Made by a program: the position numbers and the translations under genes
In this document: positions 23,670 to 37,508 of the stretch, piece after piece
Numbering within the stretch: the stretch's first letter is position 1
Layout of the letters: the number at the start of each line of letters is the position of its first letter
The notes under the pieces: model-generated
Database searches by the model: none
Told to the model about the DNA's origin: nothing
The model's input: only the letters and a program-made list of their open reading frames with translations
From: Thelocarpon superellum
Taxonomy: Eukaryota
Direction: 5' to 3'
Length of the DNA: 61,201 nt
NCBI GenBank assembly: GCA_026025795.1
Contig: JAPEUG010000063.1
Span: 1-61,201 of the forward strand

Positions 23670-25090
23670 ATGGCGTCTGAGAGACTCAGTTCCATTCTCA
23701 GCCAACTGAGCCCCAGCAAGTCTGGGCTCTCGGCCATGTTGGTTGACCCCGCTACGCGCGCCTCCTTTGAATCCGAGCACATGCTGATGGGTGGCAACGC
23801 CTGTACAGCACGCAAAAGAACCCCGACGATGTGGTGATTACGCTTGCTATTCGAACGCCGTTGACCAAGGCCGGCAAGGGTGGACTGAAAGATACCCCGC
23901 TTGATTTCATCCTATACTCGCTCCTGAAGTCGGTCAACCAAAAGTCCAAGCTTGACCCCACACTCGTGGAGGATATCTGCGTGGGAAATGTACGACCCCT
24001 ACGGCGATACGGTCGTGGATGTACTGACGAGACCGCAGGTCAACAGCGGTCAAGCTGCCGTGTTCCTCCGCGCCGCGTCGTTGGCGGCCGGGTTTCCCAA
24101 CACCACGGCGGCCTCGTCGGTCAATCGGTTCTGCTCCTCAGGCCTCAAGGCCGTGCAAGACATTGCAAATCAGATTGCCGCTGGAAGCATTGAGATTGGT
24201 CTGGCCGTGGGCGCCGAGTCCATGAGCAGTCCAGGTGACCGGCCGCGCCCTTTCCACCCGGAGATCCTCAAGACCCAGGAGTCGGCCGACTGCATGCAGC
24301 CCATGGGCCAGACGTCAGAGAATGTGGGCAAGGACTTTGATATTCCCCGCGAGGTGCAAGATCGCTACGCCGCCGAGTCCTTCCAACGCGCCGAGCGGGC
24401 CCAGAAGGCCGGTTGGTTCGACGACGAGATCGTGCCCATCACGACGGAGATCAAGAATCCCAAGACGGGCGAGGTGATGGAGGTGACCTTGACCAAGGAC
24501 GAGGGCCCTCGATGGGGCACCACGTTTGAGAGTCTGCAAAAAGTCCGCCCAGCGTTTCCGCAGTTTGGAGACCGGAGCACGGGCGGCAACTCCAGCCAAG
24601 TCACCGATGGCGGTTCGTCGTCTCCCTTTTCCGGCTCGTCTTGTCACCCCGCTGACCTGATGTCACAGCTGCCGCCATCTTGATGATGAAGCGATCGCGC
24701 GCTCAACAGCTTGGCCAGCCGATTTTGGCCAAGTTCTGTGGCGCGACGGTCACCGGTCTTGCGCCTCGCATCATGGGCATCGGCCCGTCCATTGCCATCC
24801 CGAAGCTCTTGGGCAAGTTCCACCTGACCAAGGACGACATCGACATCTTTGAGATCAATGAGGCATTTGCCTCGATGGCCGTCTACTGCCTGAAGGTGCT
24901 CGGGCTGGACCATGCCAAGATGAATCCTCGTGGTGGGGCCATCGCCCTGGGTCACCCTCTCGGTACCACGGGCGCCCGGCAGATCGTCACGGGTATCAGC
25001 GAGGCGAAGCGACAAGGCAAGAAGGTGCTCCTGACCAGCATGTGCATCGGTACGGGCCAGGGCATGGCTGGATTGTTTGTCGTGGAGTAG
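23670..25090 (+). CDS. POT1: Peroxisomal 3-ketoacyl-CoA thiolase (PTS2-like RLSSILSQL), 4 exons
   Basis: NRFCSSGL catalytic Cys, GNSSQVTDG, EINEAFAS, GAIALGHPLG, SMCIGTGQG. Confidence 0.92.
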
Positions 25091-25700
25091 GCGATGACGC
25101 GACGGAAAAGGAGTGTATCAAGTATGCTGTGGTGTATAGTGCAATAGTCAGCCTTTGGAACGGATGAGCGCATCTGTGCATCTGTACTTCTCGACTTCCG
25201 TGCATCTGTACTCCTGCGCAGTGGTGCATCTGTGCGTGGGTGCGTGGGTGCGTGGGTGCGTGGGTGTCACCTGCACTGCCTAAGCCGTGACCACGGAGCT
25301 CTCGTTCAGTCACAGGTAGATCAGGTGCACCAGAGACGTGCACGAGATTCAAGCAGAGCACAGCACAGCACAGCCCTCGGACGAGGAGGCGGGGCGGGGG
25401 ATCAGCGAATATATGCGACTCCGTGTGTGACCCATGAACACCCGGTCTACTCCCCGACCAGAGGCCAGGGGCCGCATAACGTTCGGCACAAAGTTATGCA
25501 AGTAGCGAGACGATTGCTGAGTCGACCGTGGACCCTGGATCCATGGACTTTCCGGTTGGAAAAGATTGACCGTCGGCCCTCCTAGCGCCAACGCGGGTGT
25601 TCCGCTTCGTTCTCGGCCTCCCTCCCAGTCTGTTGCATCTCCCCAACATCCAGCATTGCCCCAGCATTGCCTCGAAACAGCTCTCGCACCATTTGTCAAG

Positions 25701-27016
25701 ATGTTGGCTTCACGAATCGCTTTCCGCAGTGTGCCGAGACGAGCGTTCTCCGTCTCGGCGCGACAGGTCGGTCCCTGCGTCGAAGCTACCGAGGCAGCAC
25801 CCATGCAAGTGTTGAGGGCCGATCGCTGATTGCGCCCGCAGGCCTCCAAAGTCACCGTCCTGGGTGCGTCGGGAGGCATCGGGCAGCCGCTGTCGCTGCT
25901 CCTGAAGCTCAACCCGCGCGTCAGCGAGCTTGCGCTGTACGATATCCGGGGCGGACCAGGTTGGTGACGATGGACCCGCGCCAATGTAACATGGCTGATC
26001 ATGATCCCCGCAGGCGTTGCGGCCGACATCAGCCACATCAACACCAAGAGCACGGTAGATGCACCACCCCTACCGACCAACGGAATCATTCGTACTTATC
26101 GTGCTCAGGTGACTGGCCATGAACCCACGCCGTCGGGCTTGAAGGAGGCCTTGTCGGGCGCCGAGATCGTTCTGATCCCGGCCGGTGTCCCGCGGAAACC
26201 GGGCATGACGCGAGATGGTGGGCACTTTACGAATCCGAAAGGTACACAAGGACGATGCTAAAACGGCCCTAGATCTTTTCAACACCAACGCCTCCATCGT
26301 GCGCGACCTGGCCAAGGCCGCAGCCGACTCCGCCCCGGACGCCAACATCCTCGTCATCTCGAATCCGGTAGGTGGATCGACGTCAACCGGGCACGAGTCG
26401 CTGTGATTGACGCCACGGTCAGGTCAATTCGACGGTGCCCATCTGCGCGGAGGTGTTCAAGTCCAAGGGCGTGTACAACCCGAAGCGACTGTTTGGCGTG
26501 ACGACGCTGGACGTGGTACGGGCGTCGCGGTTCATCTCGCAGATCAAAGGCACGGACCCGGCATCGGAGAGCGTGACGGTGATCGGGGGCCACTCGGGCG
26601 TGACGATCGTGCCGTTGCTGTCGCAGTCCAACCACCCAGACATCTCCGGAACGCAGCGCGACGACTTCGTCAAGCGGGTGCAATTCGGGGGCGACGAGGT
26701 GGTCAAGGCCAAGGACGGCGCCGGGTCCGCGACGCTGTCGATGGCGATGGCGGGTGCTCGCTTCGCCGAGAGCCTGCTGCGGGCCTCGCAGGGCCAGACG
26801 GGCGTGATCGAGCCTACGTTTGTCGAGTCGCCGCTGTACAAGGACCAAGGCGTCGACTTCTTCGCGTCCAAGGTCGAGCTGGGCCCGAATGGCGTGGAGA
26901 AGATCCACGGCCTCGGCCCGGTCAACGAGTACGAGGCCAAACTCATCGAGGAATGCGTGGCGGATCTCAAGAAGAATATCGTCAAGGGTGTGCAATTCGT
27001 GGCTCAGAACCCGTAG
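25701..27016 (+). CDS. MDH1: Mitochondrial NAD-dependent malate dehydrogenase, multi-exon
   Basis: Presequence [84 protein letters not shown]. Confidence 0.96.
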
Positions 27017-27660
27017 AGGAGATGATGGCAGGACTAAGACTGGTTCCGAGTCTAGAGAGGACCGCCGTTTAGAACCACAAGACAAGGCAAGACAAGACAA
27101 GACAGCCAGACAGACACAAAGACAGACAGACCAATCGACTCTGAAAATCTACGCTTGTCGGTCATCGCTGGCTGCTTCTTCGTTCATGTAAGTAAGCCGG
27201 TTGGGCAAAGTCTATGAACGCAGAAATAGAAAAGTGATTGGAAATAAGGGACTAGGTGTAAGGCCAGCTTAAATGGGTGAATGTGCAGTGAAGCATCACA
27301 CCAGTGCAACTGGCAGTTGATGCGGACGCACAAGGAAACAAATTGTTCGGATTTGTTATAGGTACTGGTTGAAGCAAATCGAGTCATCAAATGAGTGAGG
27401 GAGGGGGGAGTGATGGGGTCCATGAGGGTCATGGAGTGGCCATGCTCGCCCCGAGCCGCCATGGTGGATGCTCGGATGAGGAGAAAAGACGTGCATGGAG
27501 CAGTGAACAGCGGTAGCAGGGCAGAGAGAGCATGCAAGATTGGGTATAAGCACGGCCCGGGAGCGGGTAGGTAGGTAGGTAGGGAGGGAGGGAGGTAGAG
27601 GGGAGCACCCAGTAAATATGTACATGAACGTCGGATCAACATCGGAGGGCATGGCTGTCA

Positions 27661-28669
27661 TCAGATCGGATTGCCCTTGTTGGCCGGATTGGCATTTCGC
27701 TTCACCCGTCGCCGGTATTGCTGACGGAACTGATACCGTCCCATCGTGCCGTACCCGACCACAATGAAGCCCGCGAGCGTCCAGAGGCAGGTCACGACGA
27801 GGCCCGTGGGGAAGATGCCGAGGGTTTGGCCCGGCATGATGAATGGAGTACCGGGCGGAGCCAGACAGGCGAGCGTCGCGCACGTCGAGGCCACATCCGA
27901 GAGGATCCCGTTGACGAATGAGGCATCCTTCGCCGACAGTTCCGTCGACAATTTTGCGCCGTTCTTGCCCGTTGCAGTGAGCGTCACGTTCGGAGCCAGA
28001 TACTTCTTGAGATCGTCCCTGGTCTTCGTGTCAGTAGAATGCGCGTAGAGAGAGACGGGCCAAGGCGACTCACAGGCTGAGCGCCTTGTTGATCAGGTCC
28101 TGGTTCATCTGACCGACGAAATTGAACCCTTGGAGGAGCTGGGGCGATTGCAGCGACTGTCGCTTCTCCATTCCTCGATCTCCTTCGCTGCGCTGGGCGA
28201 GCGTGCTGCCGTCGGCCGACACCGACGCTCCTTGGTAGACCAATCCTACGCTGACGTCTTGTTCCGAGAGACCTTCCCAAGCCCCGATCATGGGCGAGAC
28301 CTGGTATAGTCGAAGGTCGGCTTGGAAGACGCCCGTCTCGTTGTTCAGCGACGGTAGATTGTAGCACACCGCCATGCCTGAGGGATTGCTGGCCGTGCCA
28401 TTTAGAGCCGAGAGTGACTGGAGACATGCGGCTTGCGTATCCGTGTCCCAAAGCTGTGGATCCATCGTGCCATTGGTACTGTCTTGACGACGCACCAGAT
28501 CGCCACCGGCCGGATCCTCCACGCCTCGCTTCGAGGGCCGCTCGAGCGCTCGTACTTGGAGATTGCCATGGTGGATCGGCACGACGATGGGGACTCGTGG
28601 GAGGGCAGACGCGCTGGCGGGTGACGAGAGGGCCAGAAGGAGCGCCGGCACAATGGCCAGCGCGCGCAT
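27661..28669 (-). CDS. Uncharacterised single-pass secretory-pathway membrane protein, 2 exons
   Basis: Signal peptide MRALAIVPALLLAL, Cys-containing luminal region (SNPSGMAVCYNLPSLNNETGVFQADLRLY), C-terminal TM (IFPTGLVVTCLWTLAGFIVVGYG) followed by a basic tail. Intron is GTGAGT..ACTGAC..CAG. Confidence 0.85.
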
Positions 28670-31632
28670 TGTGCGGAGAATGGCCCTCACGAGTTGATTC
28701 GTCGGGTCGGATTGTGGAAGGACATTTCAGAGGGACGGAGGATGAGGTGTGGCGGGAGAGCGATGGTAGTAGGGCGAACGAGGGTGACGACGACTCGATA
28801 CGACGGTTCAGGACGGGCTGGACAGGGCTGGAAAGGGCTGGGGGTGAAGAATCGAATGGCAATAGGATGCGGACGACGTTCGACTAGCGAACCGTCGGGC
28901 CTTCCCTCCGAAAAGACTGGGCGTGACGACGATGGTCAACAAGAATGGGGATACCAGACCCCGAGAGAAACGAAGGACTTTTGAGCCGAACCGGGCGGCA
29001 TCTATGGACCGTAGTCGATGCTACACGGAAGGGAGGAAGAAGTGAGGTGTGGGGGAGGAGATGGGTACATATGGCAACGTCAACATGCACGCACGACCCC
29101 ACCGGGCCCGCCACGTCTAGGGTATCACCAGGACCGCTCACGGGCCCGGCCCGACCACCAATGCCTTTCCCAACCCACCGCGCGAAGGCGGCGAGAGCCC
29201 ACGCAGACCGCGTGGCATTGACGCCGGGCACCTCATCACTCGAGCCCCACGCATTGCACCAGCGGGGGATGGCACGTCAGGGACAAGGTTCCCATGGGCC
29301 AGGGTGATCTCCCGGTGGCACCAGCAAGCCATGGCAGTGGCACGGTGGCCGTGCGCCAGCGACGCCCAAGACATGCTGGGCCTCAGATGAGTGTCAGTCG
29401 GTCGTCGTCTACGCGGGGCAATAGGGTTGGATATTATGCGGACGATGGTGGTGCTCGTTCGTGGCGTCTACTTCGTGTCAGGCTGCGACAATCACGGTAC
29501 GAAGTGGGAGGCTATCGCGGGCGAAAAGTCGGTAGCGAGCCGACCCCTGCGGCTGCGGGCCAATCAGGCCCATGCTCGCCCCCATCGGCTAATCAGATCA
29601 GGTGGGACCACCTGGTCGGCCAGGACCGCCTCTAACGTGGAGAGCGTCGCAGCGGTCGCCCTTGGGTCCTGGGGCCGGGGGACGGCCGCTGTACCCAATC
29701 TGCCGACCTTGGGATTGCTGGTCCTGCTGGCCTAGGCCTCCGCCAGACCCCTCCCAGGATCCGATGAGCTTATTTTCGTCCCCGCCCGCATCTCACGACT
29801 CGTCGTTTGTCAAAAGCGCCTACCACCCAGCCGCCATATCTCGGCACAGTCGGCCTATCCCCGGGCCAAGGACGTCTCACCTAGCCGGCAACGTAATATC
29901 GAGGTTGTTATGAGGGACGGCACCGCGTAACGCCAGGGGCTTTGGGACAACGTCATCAAATGAATTCTCCGATGGAGGCTCTGTCGCGAACGATTGATTC
30001 TAAATCTCGGGAGCGTTTGCCCCCGTCGCCGAACCGGTCACCCGGCAATTCCTTCTCTTTTCCTCGCGGTGGGGACTCTCACGAGCCCACGAGCCCACGA
30101 GCCCACGAGTCTACGACGAACCGGGGCACAGCGGTGGGACGAGACCCTCATAAGGAGAGGGTAGGCTCGGTCACATCACGCGGTTCCATCATAGGACAGA
30201 CAAAGAAGCATTCATCTTTAGATCATCTTTACCGGATGCCGAGTTGCCGACTGGCCGACTTGCTGGTCTGCGTTCATGCTGGGATGTTGGGATGTTGGGG
30301 CTTTGGATGATGCGATGTAGGAGTCCAGCTTGATAGCCGACGCGCAACAATCGGCATTGTTCGGCAAGAAGCTGTGGAATCGTGTGGATCTGATCGAGTG
30401 ATATCTATGCAACAATAGGCTTAGATCTAGCTGCGGGCACGTAGGCCGCATTGAAGCTCTTGGGATCGCATTGATTAACGGGCCTTTCTTGAGAGCTTCC
30501 GATAATGACTGCGCCAATCCTCAGCGTCTGCATTACTACGTCCCCCTGACCCCGGCTCCGACCGCGGCCACGGCCGCAGCTTACCAGATTTGCGACGGAA
30601 CTTCTAGACATGAGGAGCGTCGTGAACTTCGTAACTAGCGACGACTTGCTTTCTAGGAGGTGCACGGTCCACGGGGCTTCATGGGCACCTGCTAAGTTCA
30701 ACACTGACTTTCGTCGATCGCCGCTGACGAGGCATCATGGGGAGAAGTGTCCTCCGCCTCGCCACGCGTGTCCCTCGCTCTCGTCACATGTCATCCGGAA
30801 CGGCTCCCACTGTTGCAGTCGCACAAATGCGGTTCCACCTTGGCGTTCCCATGGAACTCAAGATATTCTCCGCTCGGTGCGGAGTCTTTCATGGTAGCTC
30901 CGTGGACGACGCGGCCCGGATCAATATCGTCTGACGTTGGATCTCGGCTGGATCGTGCCATGGAGATGCAAAGCGAAGATGGAGCAGTCTCGTCGTTTTG
31001 CCTGATCCGTGACGAATCGGGGGAAGGCTTTAAGCCACGGGGTCACCGGGATGCAAAGACAGCGCTTACTCGTCCACCTGCCCTGAGGACGCAGGATGGT
31101 CCCAGCTGACCCAAGCCCTTCCGTCGCGCGTTAAACGCGCCATTCAGCGAGTGGTTACTGAAGACTGGCTCTTGGGTCATCCCAGCAGCGACCACATTGT
31201 GCTCACGCTAGCGACGGATCAGTCCGACATGCACGGCGGGTCCGTCGAGCTCGGAGCTCCACAGACCCGCTCTGGTCCACCTCTACACGAGTTGTAATTG
31301 GCTCATCCTCCATGTTCTCGTTGTTCCCCGCATAGGCCTTCTGCTGTGCTACCTTCATGATCCTGCTGCACTCTTCCCTTTTCGTCTTCGCGCGATGTTT
31401 CGATAGCGAAAGGCCCGCATCGCCGCATCGGTGAGATGCGAGTATGCGACTTGGTGAGGATGTTGGGAGCATGGACCCTCCACCGTCCCAGTATATACGT
31501 GAGACGATGGGAAGCGCACTCTTCGTCTTCGTCGTCACTCCATGGAGAGTCGGCTTGGTTGAGATCGTGAGGTGAGACGAGTGAGATGATGTCCGTAAAC
31601 AGCCACTGAATGGTATCTGTCAGCTTCCCGCC

Positions 31633-33529
31633 ATGGCCATGGATCCTTCAAGTTTCGACGAGAAGTTGGCCCCGGCCTCATCCGCGGGGTGTGATGTGAC
31701 CGGCTCCGAGAAGATGAGCATTGGGCGATATGCCGCGACGCGCATCACGACGTTGAAGCCGCCGATGGACAGGGCGCCCAATCCCTTCAAGCTGCTGGCG
31801 CTACTCAATCGGCAGCAATGGCTCTTCTTCCTCGTCGCCTTTCTTGGCTGGACCTGGGACGCGGTGGACTACTTCTGCGTGAGCCTGATCGTGCCGAACC
31901 TGGCCAAGTCGTTTGACAAGTCCAACACCGACATCACCTGGGGCATCACGCTGGTGCTGATGCTGCGATCCGTGGGCGCCATCTCGTTTGGCATCGCCGC
32001 CGACCGATACGGTCGCAAGTGGCCTTTTGTGTTCAACAACGTCCTCTTCATCGTGCTGGAGCTCGCCACGGGCTTTGTGCAGACATACGAGCAGTTCCTC
32101 GGCGTGCGGGCCATCTACGGCATCGCCATGGGCGGCCTGTACGGTAACGCGGCCGCCACAGCCTTGGAGGATTGTCCCGAGGCCGCCCGCGGCATCCTCT
32201 CCGGCATGCTGCAGCAGGGATACGCCTTTGGCTATCTGCTGGCGACGGTGTTTGCGCGGGCATTGGTCGATACCACGCCGCACGGATGGCGCCCGCTGTT
32301 CTGGTTCTCGGCTTGTCCGCCCATCCTCATCATCCTCTTCCGCCTCTACCTCCCAGAAACCCAGGCCTTCTTGGACCGGGAGCGAGTTCGACACGACCGG
32401 GGCAATCTCACCAAGACCTTTGTGGACGAGGGCAAGGTAGCGCTGAAGCGGCATTGGCTGCTTTTGGTCTATATGGTGTTATTGATGGCGGGCTTTAACT
32501 TCATGGTGGGTCTACTTTCCTCCACCCTCACCCCGCCCAAAAAAAGGACTTCCTTTCGACCAGCAAGAGGAGATGCTGACGAGATGCCGATATAGTCTCA
32601 CGGATCACAAGACCTCTATCCCACCATGCTGACGAACCAATATGACTTCTCCGCCAACGCCGTGACCGTCACGCAAGTAGTGGCCAATCTGGGCGCCATG
32701 GCCGGCGGCACCATCGTCGGGTACTGCTCGCAGATTGTCGGCCGCCGCTTCAGCATCATCATCATGTGCATCTGCGGCGGGGCGCTCTTATTTCCTTATA
32801 CGTTTGTCACCAACAAGGGCGTCATTGCCGTGGCCTTTTTCGAACAGTTTTGCGTCCAGGGCGCATGGGGCGTGATTCCGTATGGGCCCCTCCACCTCCT
32901 CACTCCCATCCCTCGCCCTCTCTCCCCCTCACTTGCTCCAACGATTCGATTGTGGAAGAGATCCACGCTGACCGATACAAATGCCAGGATCCACCTTATG
33001 GAGCTTTCGCCAGGTTCCTTCCGGACCTTTGTGGTTGGGACGTCCTACCAGCTAGGCAACCTCGTATCGTCAGCTTCATCGACCATCGAATCGACGATAG
33101 GAGAACGCTTCCCATTGCCGCCGAAGGGCAAGACGGCACGATTCCAGTATGGCCTCGTGATAGCCATCTTCATGGGATGCGTAAGCCCCCCCTTTCCCCC
33201 TCCCCTCTCTTCGCTTACCAAGGCGACGGGCTGGACACTGCAATCACTAGCCGTGCGTACAGCCAAGCTAATGTGGAAGCCGAGTGGGTGGGCAGGTCTA
33301 TCTATATGTGATCATCCTCACCCTCGTCGGGCCGGAATACAGAGGGCGCAGCATGCGAGCCGAAGACGACGTGGATCTCGTCGACGTGGCTGGTGGCGAG
33401 GAGGTCGTGGACCATGCTCTGCATTTGCACCATCATGCTCACGAGTCCGGTCACCAGCATGAAGGTCATCAGCCTGCTTATCTTAACGGTGGCGAGGGAG
33501 AAGAGAAAGCCGAGCACTTGAAGACCTAG
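31633..33529 (+). CDS. JEN1: Carboxylate/H+ symporter (MFS, sialate:H+ family), 4 exons
   Basis: WTWDAVDYF, ADRYGRKW and ARGILSGMLQQGY; the Jen1 signature NFMSHGSQDLYPT is restored across intron 1. Confidence 0.92.
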
Positions 33530-33796
33530 CGATACGCTTCGGTGGGTTCTCTGGAATGGAGAACCACATTCATTCTTTGTCTTCCTGTCGTCGCTTGATC
33601 CTGTATTTCGCACTAGTCTGTGCCTTGTGCTTACTCGGTCCATCCTATCTCGTCTCGGGTCGTGTCATCGTCTCGGATCCGTCAGGAAGAGGAAAGCAGG
33701 GAGAAGTAGAGAGAGGAACAGAGGAAAGAATTTCGCTCGTCATCTCACGCCCATGCTCGTGTCTCCCCTGCCATTCTGCTCGTCCCGCATTGTGCC

Positions 33797-36700
33797 TCAC
33801 GTATAACTCCTCATGGCATCAATGTAACCGGTCCCACCCTTCAAATCATGGTCGAAGCTCTCGGCCACGTCCAAAACTCGGCGGATGTGCGTCATCGAGA
33901 GCTTCTCTCGCTGATTCACCGCCAGAGCTTGCGCGGTGCGCACACAATTCTTGATCTGTCTCACGGTTAGTCTTTCGTTCACGCGGGAGTCCAGAACATA
34001 ACGTACCTGTCGCCCGTTGAGATTGTTCCGAGCCAAAGTGTCAAAGTTCTCCTCGGTGAACGGAGTCATTTCCACACCCTCCATGGCCCGGACCTTCTCC
34101 AGGAACATCTTCCACACCGTTTTCTTGGCCTTGGTCGTCAACTCGCCGTAACGCAAGGCAATGTGGATCCGGCTCTGGAAGGCATCGTCGAACGTCTCCA
34201 CCCGATTGGTGGTCAGGAAAAGGATGCCCTGGAAGTATTCCAGAAGTCGTAGGAAGATGCTGACCAGCGCGTTGCGGTGAATGTCTTGGATCGTGCGCTT
34301 CTCCAAGAAGACGTCCGCCTCATCCAGCAGGAGCACGGCACCCCACGAGTGCGCAATGTCCAGGATCCGGTTTAGCTCCGTCTCCAGCGTGCGCGGATCC
34401 GTGCCGAGTTCACCGGCGCTGACCATGTAGAGCGGGCATTTGAGTAGCTCGGCGATGCCCTCGGCCGTCAACGTCTTGCCCGTGCCCGGGGGTCCATGCA
34501 AGACCGCCACGAGACCCCGGCCCTTGCCTTGGATCACGTCGTCAATGCTCTGCGCCGCGTGGAAGGTGTGCGACTCGACCAGCGCCTTGACGATGGACTT
34601 CTGATTATCCGGCAAGACCAACGAGTCAAAGGCCCCCTCGTTCCACTCAATGTCCTTGACCCCCGACACCGTGAACTCCAGCCAGGTTTTCTCGCTGAAG
34701 GCGAAGCCGAGCACTACCGGACTGGCCACGAGAAGCTCCTCATCGGTGAACGCGTCCTCCTTCTTCTCATCAAGATTCTCCAACTTCTGTTTGACCACCT
34801 CTTCACCGTCCGAATCCACCTCCACTTCCACCTTCTCCACATGCACGTCGCCTTTTTCATCTTCAAACACCTTCCACTTCCGCTTCGTCTTGGCTTCGTC
34901 ATCGCCCGCCGGCTTCCCTCCCTTGTGCTCATCCTCATCCTCATCGCTGCCGCACTGGCAACACGAGTCGTCCTCGCTGTCCTCATAGTCCGGGTCCTCG
35001 TCCAAGTTCTTGGGTCGCACCGTGCTAATCTGGTAATTCGGATTGACGCGTCGATGAATCGCCGGGTCGATCATGATACGACCATTGATATTGACCTGAT
35101 TCATTAGCACGAGCAACGACTCACTCAACAACGAGGGCTCGGACTCACCTTCACCACCGCCCGCTTCTTCTTAGTAAAGGCCATGCCCCTGTGGAAGCGG
35201 TACTTCATCCCCGTCAGCGCCACAAACTTGCGCCCGCGCTCGATCAGCTGCTGGCGAAGTCCATCCGGATCCTTGTGGTATTGCAGAGGGTAGGTCGCCA
35301 GGCTTGGGATACGGCGCGGCCCCTTGAACGAATCGACCTCGACATCCATCGTGCCCATGCCAAAGGACTTGCCGTCGTATTCCAGGTACCGTCCCTCGAT
35401 CGTGTACCAGCTGCCGCGCATGAACGAGCAGTTCTTAGTGGCGTACTCGATCTTGAAGGCGCGCGGCTCGTCCGCGTTACCGTACGTGGTCGTGTAGGCG
35501 ATGGTATTGGGCTTGAACAGGGCCCAGAGCAGGTCAAAAGTGATGGTGTTGGAATCGAGGAGCGGGTAGAGCGTCTTCTTGGTATCCGCGTAGTCCTCGT
35601 CCAGGTACTTAATCAGCACCTTAAGCTGCGCAGCCTTCCGGTCGTTAGCCTTGCGCACTTTCTTCTTCCGCTCCGTCTTGTTCTGCTTCTTGAGCGCCTT
35701 CATGACCGCCCGCGTCTCCTCCAGGTAAAGGAAGAGCATGTTCGGGTCGACCTGCACACCATCACGAGTCAGCCACTGTGAAGAACAACCGAACCGTCTG
35801 ACTCACCACTGGCGTCTCCTCGACCAAGCTCACGCCCTTGACCCCATCCATCACGCTCGCCAAGACCTCCCTCAAGATCTTGCTCCGGATGTCGATGACG
35901 GTATCCGTGTATTTGCCCTCCCAGTCGAACTTTCGTCGGACCGTGAAGATGTACTGATCATACTCATCGCCGTCTTCGTACTCGGCCGTGTCGGTGAGCT
36001 TGTAGTCGTGGATGGAGGTATCCCAGACTATGGTCACGCATGTTAGACAACGATCGAGCACGGTGGAGAGCGTGGGACGTACGCTGATCAACCCGCTTGA
36101 ACTCCAGCTTGCTTCCCCGCTTCTGCTTCTTCGATCGGCCTGGCTTCCCCTTGATAGCCAGACCACTCCTCCGGCGGTTGGCGCGTCGTCCACGGCGGCT
36201 TGTCGAGCCCAGGTTGGCCGTGGCCAACGTGGCGTTCAGGGTTTCAATCTGGGCTAGAATATTGGCGGCGTCATTCTCCGGCGTATCGTCCGCACTATCC
36301 TCGATAGGAGCTCTGCGGTGCTTCTTGGACCGGCGTGACTTGGACTTCTTCGACTTGCGCGGCTTTTCCACTTCCGACTCTGAGGAAGAGCTCTGCTCCG
36401 AGACGGAGCTAGCTTCCGGGGAGGAGTCGACCTCTGGACGATGCTTGCCCTTCCGTAAGCCCTTGCTGCGGAGCTTCTTCTGTCGCTTCGACCGGCTCGT
36501 CTTGGGCCTCTTCGCTCGTCTCGCATCGGCGGCAGACTCGGAGTCGCTCGGGTCCTCGTCCGAGGAGTCCGAATCGCTGGCATCGTCGTCCGACTCGTCG
36601 CTCGAGGAGGAATCATCGCTCGAACTGTCCTGGTCGACCTTCTTCTTCTTGCCCTTGTCCTTCCCTGACTTGTGGCCGTGTCCTTTGCAACTCTTCGTGG

Positions 36701-37022
36701 TGCACTTCTTCTTGGTCCGCTTCGGCGTCAGTTCTGTCTTGGCGGGCGGGGTCTCCTCGACGACGGGAGCCTGAACATCTTCGACGACCTCAGCCTCCGT
36801 CGTGACGGGCTCCATGGCTTTCTGCAGCGTCTCGCCCAGGAGAGGCTGGTCGGTCCGGAGTAAGTCGGGATCGGGTTTGCGGGGGGTGTTGGATGGGGAG
36901 GAGTCGGGAGTCAAGGTCACGTCCTGGTGGCCCTCAGAAACCGTGGCAAGCGTGTTGGGCGCACAGGGTGGGGGTGGGCCGGGTCTAAGGCGGGTGTCAC
37001 TGGGATCTCGTGGATCGGGCAT
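33797..37022 (-). CDS. Fungal AAA+ ATPase with long low-complexity acidic/basic N-terminus, multi-exon
   Basis: Walker A LHGPPGTGKT, Walker B LLLDEADVF, RNALVSIFLRLLEY, TTNR, AFQSRIH, LNGRQ/IKN. N-terminal EFKRVDQ/LWD joined by a phase-compatible intron. Confidence 0.9.
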
Positions 37023-37412
37023 GTAGATTGTGCGCTGGCGAGGGTGGTCTCATGGAAAGGAATATTGTGGGGTATGGGCGTGAGTGTGGCTGTGGACGTG
37101 GGAGTCAATGGAGCAATCGGGCGTCGTTCACGTACGAGGGATCAAGCACATACGACACTGCTACCTGAGGATGAGGATGAGGATGTGAGGAGGAGTCGGA
37201 GTCAGGAGCGAGGAGGTCAAGATATGCGAAGGGCCACGACGGGCGGACGAGTCATCCATGTGCAGCAGCTGTGGAATCTGGGGAGCTCTGACGATGAGTC
37301 TCCGGGCCGCGCCAAGCAGAGGCGCTCCGGCCCCCGTGAAGTGGGGCTGACATGGTGCAGGGGCACGGTGCAGGCTGTGTTGTACGGATTAGTCGGAGGC
37401 AGGTGGATGCAC

Positions 37413-37508
37413 GGTGGATGCCTGGCCAGTGCCTATTCGTGCTTTTGGCTCTACTAAAGGCAAAAGCACGAATGAAAAGCACGAGTAGGCACCGGCCAGG
37501 CATCCACC
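37413..37508. repeat. 34-bp near-perfect inverted repeat (hairpin)
   Basis: Left arm 37413-37446 GGTGGATGCCTGGCCAGTGCCTATTCGTGCTTTT versus right arm 37475-37508: 32/34 Watson-Crick pairs, 28-nt spacer. Confidence 0.92.

Noticed and set aside
28700..31600. Numerous 60-120 aa ORFs in the divergent intergenic region
   Set aside because: Arg/Pro/Ser-rich random-like translations without family motifs; treated as regulatory or UTR DNA.
23670..33529. Thiolase, MDH1 and JEN1 as a carbon-metabolism gene cluster
   Set aside because: The products act in different compartments, an unrelated gene intervenes, and I found no shared motif; the adjacency is probably incidental.
180..37508. Argonaute and the hairpin as one linked small-RNA system
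   Set aside because: They are 34 kb and many housekeeping genes apart, and eukaryotic proximity at this scale implies no functional link.
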